Source of the DNA: an uncultured Thermoleophilia bacterium
GTDB taxonomy: Bacteria > Actinomycetota > Thermoleophilia > UBA2241
Assembly: GCA_963717965.1 (NCBI GenBank)
Contig: CAVQXS010000003.1
Coordinates: 6,896 to 70,895 of the forward strand
Reading direction: 5' to 3'
Length of the DNA stretch: 64,000 bases
Shown piece after piece: positions 18,536 through 27,315 of this stretch. Position 1 is the stretch's first letter. Every line of letters starts with the position of its first letter. The notes under the pieces are model-generated. The model was not told the DNA's origin. It searched no databases and was given only the letters and a program-made list of their open reading frames with translations. The translations under genes were made by a program, and so were the position numbers.

Positions 18536-19897
18536 ATGGACGAGCGGGCAGGAGTCGATTCCGGGCGCGTGGCCGCCCTGTGGCAGCGCGAGAGCGCGCG
18601 CTTCGCGCGCGAGCACCCGCGCTGCCTCGAGCTTCGCGAGCGCGCCCGTGCGCACATGCCGCACGGCGTCCCCATGAGCTGGATGGCCAGCTACTTCGCC
18701 CATCCGCCGGTGTGGGTGGACGAGGGCCACGGCGCCCACTTCACCTGCGCCGACGGGCGCCGCTTCCTGGACACCAACGTCGGCGACAAGAGCACCTTCT
18801 GCGGCATCGATCCGGAGCCGGTGGTACGCGCCGTGCAGCGGCGCGTGGCCGCCGGCTCCCAGTTCATGCTCCCGACCGACGACGCGATCGTCGTCGCCGG
18901 CGAGCTCGCGCGCCGCTGGGGCCTCCCCGCCTGGCAGTTCACGCTCTCGGCCTCGCAGGCCAACACCGAGGCGCTTCGCCTGGCGCGGCACGCGACCGGC
19001 CGGCGCAAGGTCCTCAGCTTCACCGGCAACTACGGCGGCCACGGCGACGAGATGCTCACGGCGTTTGCCGGCGACGGGCGCCTCTCGTATCTCGGCCTCG
19101 CTCCCATGGCGGACCGCGACATCGACGTGATCCCGTTCAACGACGCCGGCGCCCTCGAGCACGCCCTCGCCGGCGGCCACTACGCCTGCGTGTTCACAGA
19201 GCCGGCGCTCACCAACGAGGGCGTCGTGCTGCCCGACCCCGGGTTCCACGACGAGTTGCGGCGGCTCACGCGCGAGACCGGCACGCTGCTCTCGTTCGAC
19301 GAGACGCACACGCTCATCTGCGCGCCGGGCGGGCTGACGGAGAAGTGGGGCCTGGAGCCCGACCTGGTCGTCGTCGGGAAGGCGATCGGCGGCGGCCTGC
19401 CGCTCGGCGCCTACGGCATGAGCGCCGAGCTCTCCGCCGCCTTCGAGCGCGGCGAGAGCCTCACCGGCGAGCCCGGCGAGCTGGCCACCGGCGGCACGAT
19501 GTTCGCCAACGCGCTCGGCATGGCGGCGGCGCGCGCGGCGCTCACGGAGGTGCTGACGGCGGAGGCCTACGAGCACGCCGCCGCGCTCGGCGCCGCCCTG
19601 GCCGACGGCCTCGAGACCGCGGTGGACGAGGCCGGTCTCCCCTGGAAGGTGCAGCGTCTGTATCCGCGCTCGGGCATCAGCTTCAGCGGGCGCCTCGCCC
19701 GCGACGCGAGCGAGGCCGACGCCGACGAGCAACCGGAGCTCAACGCGCTGCTCCGGCTGTACCTCGCCAACCGCGGCGTGTGGGAGGCGATCAGCACGGC
19801 GGGCCCGGCGATGTCGGTGGCCGCGAGCGGCGACGACGTCGCGGCCTACCTCGCCGCCTTCCGCGAGTTCGTCGAAGAAGTGACCGCAGCGGCCTGA
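18536..19897 (+). CDS. Class III (GSA-aminomutase-like) PLP-dependent aminotransferase
   Basis: Fold-type I class III pattern: FTLSASQANTEALRLAR, FDETHTLICAPGG, and the PLP lysine context VVVGKAIGGGLPLGAYG. Confidence 0.85.
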   Translation: MDERAGVDSGRVAALWQRESARFAREHPRCLELRERARAHMPHGVPMSWMASYFAHPPVWVDEGHGAHFTCADGRRFLDTNVGDKSTFCGIDPEPVVRAVQRRVAAGSQFMLPTDDAIVVAGELARRWGLPAWQFTLSASQANTEALRLARHATGRRKVLSFTGNYGGHGDEMLTAFAGDGRLSYLGLAPMADRDIDVIPFNDAGALEHALAGGHYACVFTEPALTNEGVVLPDPGFHDELRRLTRETGTLLSFDETHTLICAPGGLTEKWGLEPDLVVVGKAIGGGLPLGAYGMSAELSAAFERGESLTGEPGELATGGTMFANALGMAAARAALTEVLTAEAYEHAAALGAALADGLETAVDEAGLPWKVQRLYPRSGISFSGRLARDASEADADEQPELNALLRLYLANRGVWEAISTAGPAMSVAASGDDVAAYLAAFREFVEEVTAAA

Positions 19898-19930
19898 CGC
19901 GGCCGGCCGTCGCCGGTCCGTCCGCGCAGG

Positions 19931-21106
19931 CTACGACGCCTCGGCCTCCGCCTCCTCGGCGTCACGCGACGTAAACTCGAGGACCACGGACGTCCTCCCC
20001 GGGCGCGTGCTCAGCAGGACGCGCCCGCAACCCTGCAGCATGATCGTGAAGCCCATCCCGAGGCTGGACACGCTGGAGAACCCGCTGACCAGCGTGGCCC
20101 TCGGCAAGCTGCGGAAGTCGATGCCTGGGCCCTCGTCGCGGACGAGCACCTGGAGCCTCTCGTCCCGGGCGAAGAGCTGATACGTGCCGCCGCCGGCGTG
20201 GTTGAGCGCGTTGACGAGCGCCTCGCAGACCGGGAGGCGGACGTCCGTGCGCGGCGCCCACTCGGGGAATCTCTCGGCCGCCGCGCGTGCGACGGCAGTC
20301 CGCGCCGGTGAGAGCTCGCGCGGCGCCGTGACCTGCGCCGGTTCCGTGAGCGGCGTGCCCAGCTGGCCGGCGAGCTCCTCGTCGGTGAGCAGGATGAGCT
20401 TGCCGCCGGTGACCGCGTCGAGCACGTCGACGTAGGCCCGGCGGATGTTCTCCTCCTGCCGCCTGAGCGCCTGCTCGGCATGACGCACGCCGGTGATGTC
20501 CTCGGCGGCGAGCGCCCAGCGATCGTGGCCGACCGGATAGGCCTCGAGGAGCTCGTAGGCGTCCTCGCTCTCGATGTGGAGCTCCGAACGGGCCGGCATG
20601 CCGGAGTCGGCGGCGCTGGCCACGACCTCCAGGTACGAGCGCGTGCGTTCGTCGAGGCCGTCGGGCCGGCTAAGCCGCGTGCCGACGGCCTCGTCCCGCC
20701 GCAAGCCGGTGCGCGCCAGCTGGACCGGATTCAGATCCGCGAGCTCGAGGTCGGTGATCTGGCCCTCACGATCGCGCATGACCGTGAAGACCGTGATCCC
20801 CTCGACCGCGTTCTCGAAGAGCCGGGTGTAGCTCTCCTGCGACGCCTCAAGATTGCGGAAGTAGCGCAGGGCGAGCGCCATCAGCAACGTCGCCGTGACG
20901 AGGACGAAGAGCATGCCCTTGACTGAGGCGAGGGCGAGCTCGAGGTCGTGCGGAAGGCCGAGCCAGGCGAGGGCACGGTCCGAGAGGATGATCCAGGCGG
21001 CGGCGGCCACGGCGTAGATGAGGGTGAGGCGAAGCGCCAGCACGCGGGCCGCGCGCCGCCGCCTCCTGCGGGCCTCGGCCCGGTCTGTCACCACTGTCGC
21101 AGCCAT
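19931..21106 (-). CDS. Membrane PAS sensor with C-terminal GHKL ATPase (RsbW/SpoIIAB-like) domain, no recognisable H-box
   Basis: Two N-terminal TM helices, a PAS segment (YTRLFENAVEGITVFTVMRDREGQITD), then an N-box-like EALVNALNHA, G1 DEGPGID and G2 GMGFTIM. The start is uncertain (ATG 21106 chosen; the ORF extends to 21346). Confidence 0.65.
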   Translation of the reverse strand: MAATVVTDRAEARRRRRRAARVLALRLTLIYAVAAAAWIILSDRALAWLGLPHDLELALASVKGMLFVLVTATLLMALALRYFRNLEASQESYTRLFENAVEGITVFTVMRDREGQITDLELADLNPVQLARTGLRRDEAVGTRLSRPDGLDERTRSYLEVVASAADSGMPARSELHIESEDAYELLEAYPVGHDRWALAAEDITGVRHAEQALRRQEENIRRAYVDVLDAVTGGKLILLTDEELAGQLGTPLTEPAQVTAPRELSPARTAVARAAAERFPEWAPRTDVRLPVCEALVNALNHAGGGTYQLFARDERLQVLVRDEGPGIDFRSLPRATLVSGFSSVSSLGMGFTIMLQGCGRVLLSTRPGRTSVVLEFTSRDAEEAEAEAS

Positions 21107-21303
21107 CGGTCCAGTGTACGTCGAGATTCCTCGGGGACCGACGGGACCCTGCATCCAGTGCTCGGAGATCGTAATCATGTCGGGAACCGAGTCCATCCCG
21201 GGAGATGGTACCGTCCGGATCCCGGCACGGGGAGGGTGGCAATGCCCCATGAGAGCAGGGCAAGGCGGTCGCCGGGGGCGGCAGGTAGTGGATGTCTGCC
21301 TGT

Positions 21304-21351
21304 TGTACAACTGGCTGTACAACTGGCGGTACCAGCGGCGGTACAAGAGGT
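21304..21351. repeat. Four tandem 12-mers with a GTAC core
   Basis: TGTACAACTGGC / TGTACAACTGGC / GGTACCAGCGGC / GGTACAAGAGGT. GTAC recurs at 21305, 21317, 21329 and 21341 (period 12). The array lies in the 460-bp divergent intergenic region between the PAS sensor and marR. Confidence 0.7.
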
Positions 21352-21506
21352 CGCTCGCTACTGGCCGGTCCCCCTGGCGGTGCGGGATGCGCGCGCTGGT
21401 CCCGCTGCTCCCGCGGGGGCCGGCAGGTGGGTTCCTGGGACGAAACCGCGGCGCGCGCCGACGGGAGCGCCCCGCGGAGGCGGCCTCGGGGGCCTCGTTC
21501 GAAGAC

Positions 21507-21535
21507 CGTTTGCCTGCTAATCGTTTGCGTGCTAA
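21507..21535. promoter_or_regulatory. Candidate operator: two adjacent 14-bp direct repeats upstream of marR
   Basis: CGTTTGCCTGCTAA (21507-21520) and CGTTTGCGTGCTAA (21522-21535), 13/14 identical. Each is an imperfect palindrome (TTnGCnnGCnAA). They lie 33-61 nt upstream of the marR GTG. Confidence 0.45.
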
Positions 21536-21567
21536 CCTTCACCGGCCCACCGCTCGCCAGGAGTACC

Positions 21568-22121
21568 GTGACCGAACCCGTCCTGCCCGCGATGCCCGAA
21601 TCGCTCGACGGCGTCGACGAACTCTCGTCGCGCGTCTTTCGCGCCTTCCTCAGCGCGCTGCGCCTGCACCGCCGCCTCATGACGCAAGCGCTGGCCGACC
21701 GCGGCATCCATCACGGCCAGGCAATGTGCTTGCGGCTGCTGATCGCCAACGAGGGCATCACCCAGCGCGACCTCGCCAGAGCACTGCACGTGGCGCCGCC
21801 GACGGTGACCAAGATGCTGCACTCCATGGAGAAGGCCGGGCTGGTGCGGCGTCGTCCCGACGCCGAGGACGCCCGGCTCACCAGGGTCGAGCTCACCGGC
21901 GCCGGCCGCGCGGAGCAGCAGCGAATGCAGGCGGTCGCCGGCGACTACGTGAACGCCACCGTCGGCGCGCTGCCGGCGGACGACCGTCGCGAGCTGGCGC
22001 GGCTGCTCGAGGCGCTCGGCGCGAGCATCGAGCGCGCGTCCGCCGCGCGCGAGGCAGGCGCCCGGCCACGAAGCGCGAGCGCCGGCCGAGGGCGGCGTCC
22101 CCGGCCACAGGACGCCCGTGA
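21568..22121 (+). CDS. MarR family transcriptional regulator; no in-frame stop as assembled (probable 3' frame break)
   Basis: GTG 21568 lies 5 nt after AGGAG. Winged-helix core GQAMCLRLLIANEGITQRDLARALHVAPPTVTKMLHSMEKAGLVRRRPDAEDARLTRVELT. This frame stays open to 23199. The adjacent frame stops at 22119-22121, overlapping the ABC start (GTGA). Confidence 0.7.
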
Positions 22122-23851
22122 TCCGCCTCCTGCGCAGCGGGCTTCGCCCCTACTGGCGGCAGATCGTCCTGGTGATGGCGCTGGTCCTGGTCCAGGTGAT
22201 CGCCAACCTCTACCTGCCGACGCTGAACGCCGACATCATCAACAACGGTGTCATCACCGGCGACACCGCCTACATCATCAAGGTCGGCGCCCTGATGCTC
22301 GGCATCACGCTCGTCTACGCCCTGGCGTCGATCGCCGCCGTCTACTGGGGATCGAAGACCTCCATGGGACTCGGCCGCGACACGCGCGGCTCGCTGTTCC
22401 GCCGCGTGCAGCGCTTCTCGCAGGCAGAGGTCAACCGCTTCGGGGCACCCTCACTGATCACGCGCACCACCAACGACGTGCAGCAGGTGCAGATGGTGGT
22501 GCTCATGATGCTCAACGTCGTGCTGGCGGCGCCGATCACGGCGATCGGCGGCATCATCATGGCGCTGCGCCTCAACGTGCCCCTCTCCGCCGTCATCCTC
22601 GTCGCGATCCCCATCATGGGCGTCTTCATCGGCCTCGTGATGACCAGGGCGATTCCGCTCTTCATGTCGATGCAGAAGAAGATCGACCGCATCAACCAGG
22701 TCACCCGCGAGTTCCTGAGCGGCGTGCGCGTCATCCGCGCCTTCGACCGCACCGTCTACGAGGAGCAGCGTTTCGACGTCGCCAACGAGGATCTGACGAC
22801 GACGACGCTCAAGGTCGGGCGCCTGTTCGCGCTCATGTTCCCGGTGCTCACCATCATCCTGAACCTCTCGACGGTCGCCATCATGTGGTTCGGCGGCAAG
22901 CTGATCGCCGACGGCAGCATGCCGATCGGCGACCTCACCGCCTTCCTCACCTACATCATCCAGATCCTGTTCGCGGTGCTCATGGCCACCATCATGTTCG
23001 TCATGGTTCCGCGCGCCGCGGTCTCCGCCCAGCGCATCATGGAGGTCCTCGACACCGAGCCGACCATCGCCGACCCCGAGCGCCCGGCCGAGGACGTCGC
23101 CGAAGCCGGCGTCGTCGAGTTCCGCGACGTCGAGTTCCGCTACCCCGGGGCGGAAGAGCCGGTGCTCAGCGGCATCAGCTTCACGGCGCGGCCGGGTGAG
23201 ACCACGGCCATCGTCGGCAGCACCGGCAGCGGCAAGACCACGCTCATCAGCCTGATCCCGCGCTTCTACGAGGTCACCAGCGGCAGCGTGCTGGTGGACG
23301 GCGTCGACGTGCGCGAGCTCGCGCAGCAGGACCTGTGGCACAGGATCGGCCTCGTGCCGCAGAAGTCGTTCCTCTTCGGCGGCACGGTGGCGAGCAACCT
23401 GCGCCTCGGCGACGAGCAGGCGGCCGACGACCAGCTCTGGCGCTACCTCGAGATCGCCCAGGGCAGGGAGTTCGTGGAGGCCATGCCCGAGCAGCTCGAA
23501 GCGCCGGTGGCTCAGGGCGGCGCCAGCGTCTCCGGCGGGCAGCGCCAGCGCCTGGCCATCGCGCGCGCGCTGGCCAAGCAGGCCAGGATCCAGATCTACG
23601 ACGACAGCTTCTCGGCGCTCGACGTCACGACCGACGCGCGGCTGCGCGCGGCGCTGCGCAAGCACACCGCCGACGCGACCGTCATCATCGTCGCGCAGCG
23701 CGTCGGCACGATCATGCACGCCGACCAGATCGTCGTGCTCGACGACGACGGCACCATCGCCGGCATCGGCACGCACGAGCAGCTGCTCGAGACGAGCGAG
23801 ACGTACCGCGAGATCGTCACCTCGCAGCTCGGCGTGGAGGGGGCCGCGTGA
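22118..23851 (+). CDS. ABC exporter, fused permease/ATPase subunit 1 (multidrug/lipid type)
   Basis: Six TM segments, then an NBD with Walker A GSTGSGKTT, signature VSGGQRQRLAIARAL and Walker B IQIYDDSFSALD. Confidence 0.9.
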   Translation: MIRLLRSGLRPYWRQIVLVMALVLVQVIANLYLPTLNADIINNGVITGDTAYIIKVGALMLGITLVYALASIAAVYWGSKTSMGLGRDTRGSLFRRVQRFSQAEVNRFGAPSLITRTTNDVQQVQMVVLMMLNVVLAAPITAIGGIIMALRLNVPLSAVILVAIPIMGVFIGLVMTRAIPLFMSMQKKIDRINQVTREFLSGVRVIRAFDRTVYEEQRFDVANEDLTTTTLKVGRLFALMFPVLTIILNLSTVAIMWFGGKLIADGSMPIGDLTAFLTYIIQILFAVLMATIMFVMVPRAAVSAQRIMEVLDTEPTIADPERPAEDVAEAGVVEFRDVEFRYPGAEEPVLSGISFTARPGETTAIVGSTGSGKTTLISLIPRFYEVTSGSVLVDGVDVRELAQQDLWHRIGLVPQKSFLFGGTVASNLRLGDEQAADDQLWRYLEIAQGREFVEAMPEQLEAPVAQGGASVSGGQRQRLAIARALAKQARIQIYDDSFSALDVTTDARLRAALRKHTADATVIIVAQRVGTIMHADQIVVLDDDGTIAGIGTHEQLLETSETYREIVTSQLGVEGAA

Positions 23852-25824
23852 GCAGCCGCGCCGACGCACCGCCGCCGCGCCCTCGCGGCCCCCAGGGACC
23901 CGGTCCCGGCGGGCCGGGCGGGCACGCCCTGGTGACGCCGACGGCCAAGGCCAAGGACTTCAGGGGCACCATGCGCCGGCTCGCCCGCCTGCTCAAGGCC
24001 GAGCGCGTGCTCCTCATCCTCGTGGTGCTGCTCGCCGTCGTCAGCGTGGCCTTCGCCGTCGTCGGCCCCAAGATCCTCGGCAACGCCACCAACATCCTCT
24101 TCGAGGGTGTCGTCAGCAAGCAGATCCCCGCCGGCGTGACCCAGGCGCAGGCCGTCGCCGGCCTGCGCGCCAAGGGGCAGGACCGCATGGCCGACATGCT
24201 CTCCAGCATGACGCTGCACCCGGGCAGCGGCGTCGATTTCGACGCCCTCGCGCGCACCCTGCTGCTGCTGGTCGCCGTCTACGTGATCAGCGCCGCCTTC
24301 GCCTGGCTGCAGGCGTACATCATGGCGGGCGTGGCGCAGCGCACCATCTACCGGTTGCGGCGGCAGGCCGACGAGAAGCTGGCGCGCCTGCCGCTCAAGT
24401 ACTTCGATGACCACCCTCGCGGTGACGTCCTCAGCCGCATGACCAACGACATCGACAACATCTCCCAGTCGCTGCAGCAGAGCCTGACACAGATCATCAC
24501 GTCGACGCTGACGATCGTCGGCGTGCTCATCATGATGCTCACCATCAGCTGGCTGCTGGCGCTCATCTCGGTGCTGGTCGTGCCGGTCTCGGTGGTGATC
24601 ACGATGATCATCGCCAAGCGCTCGCAGAAGCAGTTCGCGGCGCAGTGGGAGACCACCGGCGACCTCAACGGCCACGTGGAGGAGATGTTCACCGGCCACA
24701 ACGTGGTCAAGGTGTTCGGCCGCCAGCAAGCCGCCATCGAGACGTTCGACGAGCAGAACGAGACGCTGTACCAGGCGAGCTTCAAGGCCCAGTTCATCTC
24801 CGGGATCATCATGCCCGTGATGAACTTCGTCATGAACCTCAACTACGTCGCCATCGCCGTCATCGGCGGCCTGATGGTGGCGACCGGCCGCATCTCGCTC
24901 GGCGACGTCCAGGCGTTCATCCAGTACTCGCGCCAGTTCACGATGCCGATCACCCAGGTCGCCGGCATCATGAACGTCCTGCAGAGCACGGCGGCCTCGG
25001 CCGAGCGCGTGTTCGAGCTGCTGGACGAGCCCGAGGAACAGCCCGACGCCGCCGAGTGCGTCGTCTTCGAGAAGACCCGCGGCCACATCGAGCTGGAGGA
25101 CGTGTCGTTCCGCTACCTGCCCGACGCCCCGCTCATCAGCGGCCTGACCCTGGACGTGGAGCCGGGCGAGACGGTGGCGATCGTGGGGCCGACCGGCGCC
25201 GGCAAGACGACCCTCGTCAACCTGCTGCTCCGCTTCTACGAGATCGACGGCGGCCGCATCCTGGTGGACGGCGTCGACACGCGCCACATCACGCGCAGCG
25301 ACCTGCGCCGGCTCTTCGGCATGGTGCTGCAGGACACCTGGCTGTTCAGCGGCACCATCCGCGAGAACATCGCCTACGGGCGCGAGGGCGCGAGCGAGGA
25401 CGAGATCCGCGCCGCCGCCGGGGCGGCGCGCGTCGACCACTTCGTGCGCGCCCTGCCCGACGGCTACGACACGGTGCTCGACGACGACGCGACCAACGTG
25501 TCCGCGGGCGAGAAGCAGCTGCTCACCATCGCCCGCGCCTTCCTCTCCGACCCGGACGTTCTCATCCTCGACGAGGCGACCAGCTCCGTGGACACGCGCA
25601 CCGAGGTGCTCATCCAGGAGGCGATGGTGGAGCTCATGAAGGACCGCACCAGCTTCGTCATCGCCCACCGGCTCAGCACGATCCGCGGCGCCGACATCAT
25701 CCTCGTCATGGACAAGGGCGCCATCATCGAGCAGGGCAGCCACGAGGAGCTGATGGCCGCCCGCGGCTTCTACTACGACCTCTACGCGAGCCAGTTCGAG
25801 GAGGCGCTCGACGAGGCGTCCTGA
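23848..25824 (+). CDS. ABC exporter, fused permease/ATPase subunit 2
   Basis: GTG 23848 overlaps the upstream stop (GTGA). Walker A GPTGAGKTT, signature VSAGEKQLLTIARAF, Walker B VLILDEATSSVD. Confidence 0.9.
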   Translation: MSSRADAPPPRPRGPQGPGPGGPGGHALVTPTAKAKDFRGTMRRLARLLKAERVLLILVVLLAVVSVAFAVVGPKILGNATNILFEGVVSKQIPAGVTQAQAVAGLRAKGQDRMADMLSSMTLHPGSGVDFDALARTLLLLVAVYVISAAFAWLQAYIMAGVAQRTIYRLRRQADEKLARLPLKYFDDHPRGDVLSRMTNDIDNISQSLQQSLTQIITSTLTIVGVLIMMLTISWLLALISVLVVPVSVVITMIIAKRSQKQFAAQWETTGDLNGHVEEMFTGHNVVKVFGRQQAAIETFDEQNETLYQASFKAQFISGIIMPVMNFVMNLNYVAIAVIGGLMVATGRISLGDVQAFIQYSRQFTMPITQVAGIMNVLQSTAASAERVFELLDEPEEQPDAAECVVFEKTRGHIELEDVSFRYLPDAPLISGLTLDVEPGETVAIVGPTGAGKTTLVNLLLRFYEIDGGRILVDGVDTRHITRSDLRRLFGMVLQDTWLFSGTIRENIAYGREGASEDEIRAAAGAARVDHFVRALPDGYDTVLDDDATNVSAGEKQLLTIARAFLSDPDVLILDEATSSVDTRTEVLIQEAMVELMKDRTSFVIAHRLSTIRGADIILVMDKGAIIEQGSHEELMAARGFYYDLYASQFEEALDEAS

Positions 25825-25888
25825 CGGCCGGCGGCGAACGCCCGGCCGGCCCGAAGACCCCGTCCGCCTGACCGGCGGCGGCGCGCGA

Positions 25889-27271
25889 CTACTGCCGTTC
25901 GAGCAGCGTCCTATCGAAGAAGTCGATGACGCGCTGCTCGTACTCCACCGGCTGGGCCTCGATGCCGCCGGTGTGCCCAGAGCCCGGCACCTCCCAGATC
26001 GCCTTGGGCGGCAGGGCCGCGTCGTAGTACACCGGGTTCACGGCCTTCTCGACCTCCTGGCCATCCTCGCCGTAGATGAAGAAGACGGGCCGCGGTGAGA
26101 TACCCGCTGCAGCGTCCTGGAGCGCCGGCGGCACCGCCTCGTTGCCCAGCAGCCAGACTGAGACCGTCTGCGCGAGGTCCTGCGGGAACTGCAGCGCCTT
26201 CTCCAGCGCGCTCGGCCCGCGGCGCGCGAACGACTCGAGCACAGACCGGATGCCCGCTCCCTCGCTGACCACGGCCTTGAGGCCGAGGTTGCGGGCGGCG
26301 GCCTCGATCATCTGCTCGCCGCCCATAGAGAGGCCGAGCCCGCCGATGCGCCGCCTCTGCACGTCGGGCCGGCGGCGCAGCCACGCCACGGCCGCGTCGA
26401 TGTCCTTGACCGAGCCCCAGCCGTACGCGTTGGGGTCGCCCTGGCTCTCGCCGTAGCCGCGCGGGTCGACCATGAGCACGCCGTAACCGTTCCTCACCAG
26501 CATGCGCGCCTGCTCGACGGTCCAGGCGCGCGGGAACGTGATCACGGCCCCGCGGTTCAGCGAGGGCACGTACCACGCCGCCAGCTCGAGGCCGTCGCGC
26601 GTGGTCAGCGTCACCGTCTCGTAGGGGCGACCTAGGTCTACGGCCTCGACGGGCCGCCGCGGCAGCTCCGTGGCGACGATCGCCATGCTCAGGGGCAGGA
26701 CGACCCAGTAGACGAAGAGCAGCGCCCCGAGCGCGATGAGGGCCCGGCGCACGAGCGTCCACCCGAGCTCGCCGCCGCGCTTGCGGGACGTCCAGACGAG
26801 CCACACCCCCAGCCCGACGAGCACTACGCCGGCGACGAGCGGCAGGACGCCGCTCAGGCTGGCGGGGGAGAGCCCTTCGACGCGCGCGCGGGCGGCGCAC
26901 ATGGCGCCGGACACGAGGGCGACCGTGCCAACGACCAGTGAGAGCGAGGCGCGCAGCCCGGCCGGCAACTGCGGCCAGAGGTCGGCGGCCAGGCCGAGCA
27001 GGGCCACCGAGAGGAACACGGCGAGGACGTGGTCCACGCGCGACACGCCGGGGCGCACGAAGACGAGGTAGTCGAGCACGAGGTAGGCAACGATGGCGCC
27101 CGTGCAGACCAGGAGCAGGCGCCGTTCGCGAGGGCCGGGGACGCGGGCGGGCGTCGCGGGCCCGCCGTTGCCGGCGCCTCCGTTCACGCCGCCTTCCGCA
27201 GTCGCGTCACCGGCTCCATCCAGAGCCCCGAGCGCGGGGCCCGCAACGAGATACGTGCCTGGGCTGGACAT
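25889..27271 (-). CDS. Membrane-anchored alpha/beta hydrolase
   Basis: Real part of ORF 25889..28534. ATG 27271 (MSSPGTYL), about 5 TM helices, then a hydrolase domain with GLSMGG and VMVDPRGYGESQG. Confidence 0.75.
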   Translation of the reverse strand: MSSPGTYLVAGPALGALDGAGDATAEGGVNGGAGNGGPATPARVPGPRERRLLLVCTGAIVAYLVLDYLVFVRPGVSRVDHVLAVFLSVALLGLAADLWPQLPAGLRASLSLVVGTVALVSGAMCAARARVEGLSPASLSGVLPLVAGVVLVGLGVWLVWTSRKRGGELGWTLVRRALIALGALLFVYWVVLPLSMAIVATELPRRPVEAVDLGRPYETVTLTTRDGLELAAWYVPSLNRGAVITFPRAWTVEQARMLVRNGYGVLMVDPRGYGESQGDPNAYGWGSVKDIDAAVAWLRRRPDVQRRRIGGLGLSMGGEQMIEAAARNLGLKAVVSEGAGIRSVLESFARRGPSALEKALQFPQDLAQTVSVWLLGNEAVPPALQDAAAGISPRPVFFIYGEDGQEVEKAVNPVYYDAALPPKAIWEVPGSGHTGGIEAQPVEYEQRVIDFFDRTLLERQ

Positions 27272-27315
27272 GATGCTCACGCGGACCCCCCCAGGCCGCT
27301 CGCCAGTGGTGCCGG

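Noticed and set aside
21304-21535. CRISPR-like array.
   Set aside because: The repeats are only 12-14 bp long. They are directly abutting or 1 nt apart, with no spacers, and no cas genes occur in the window.
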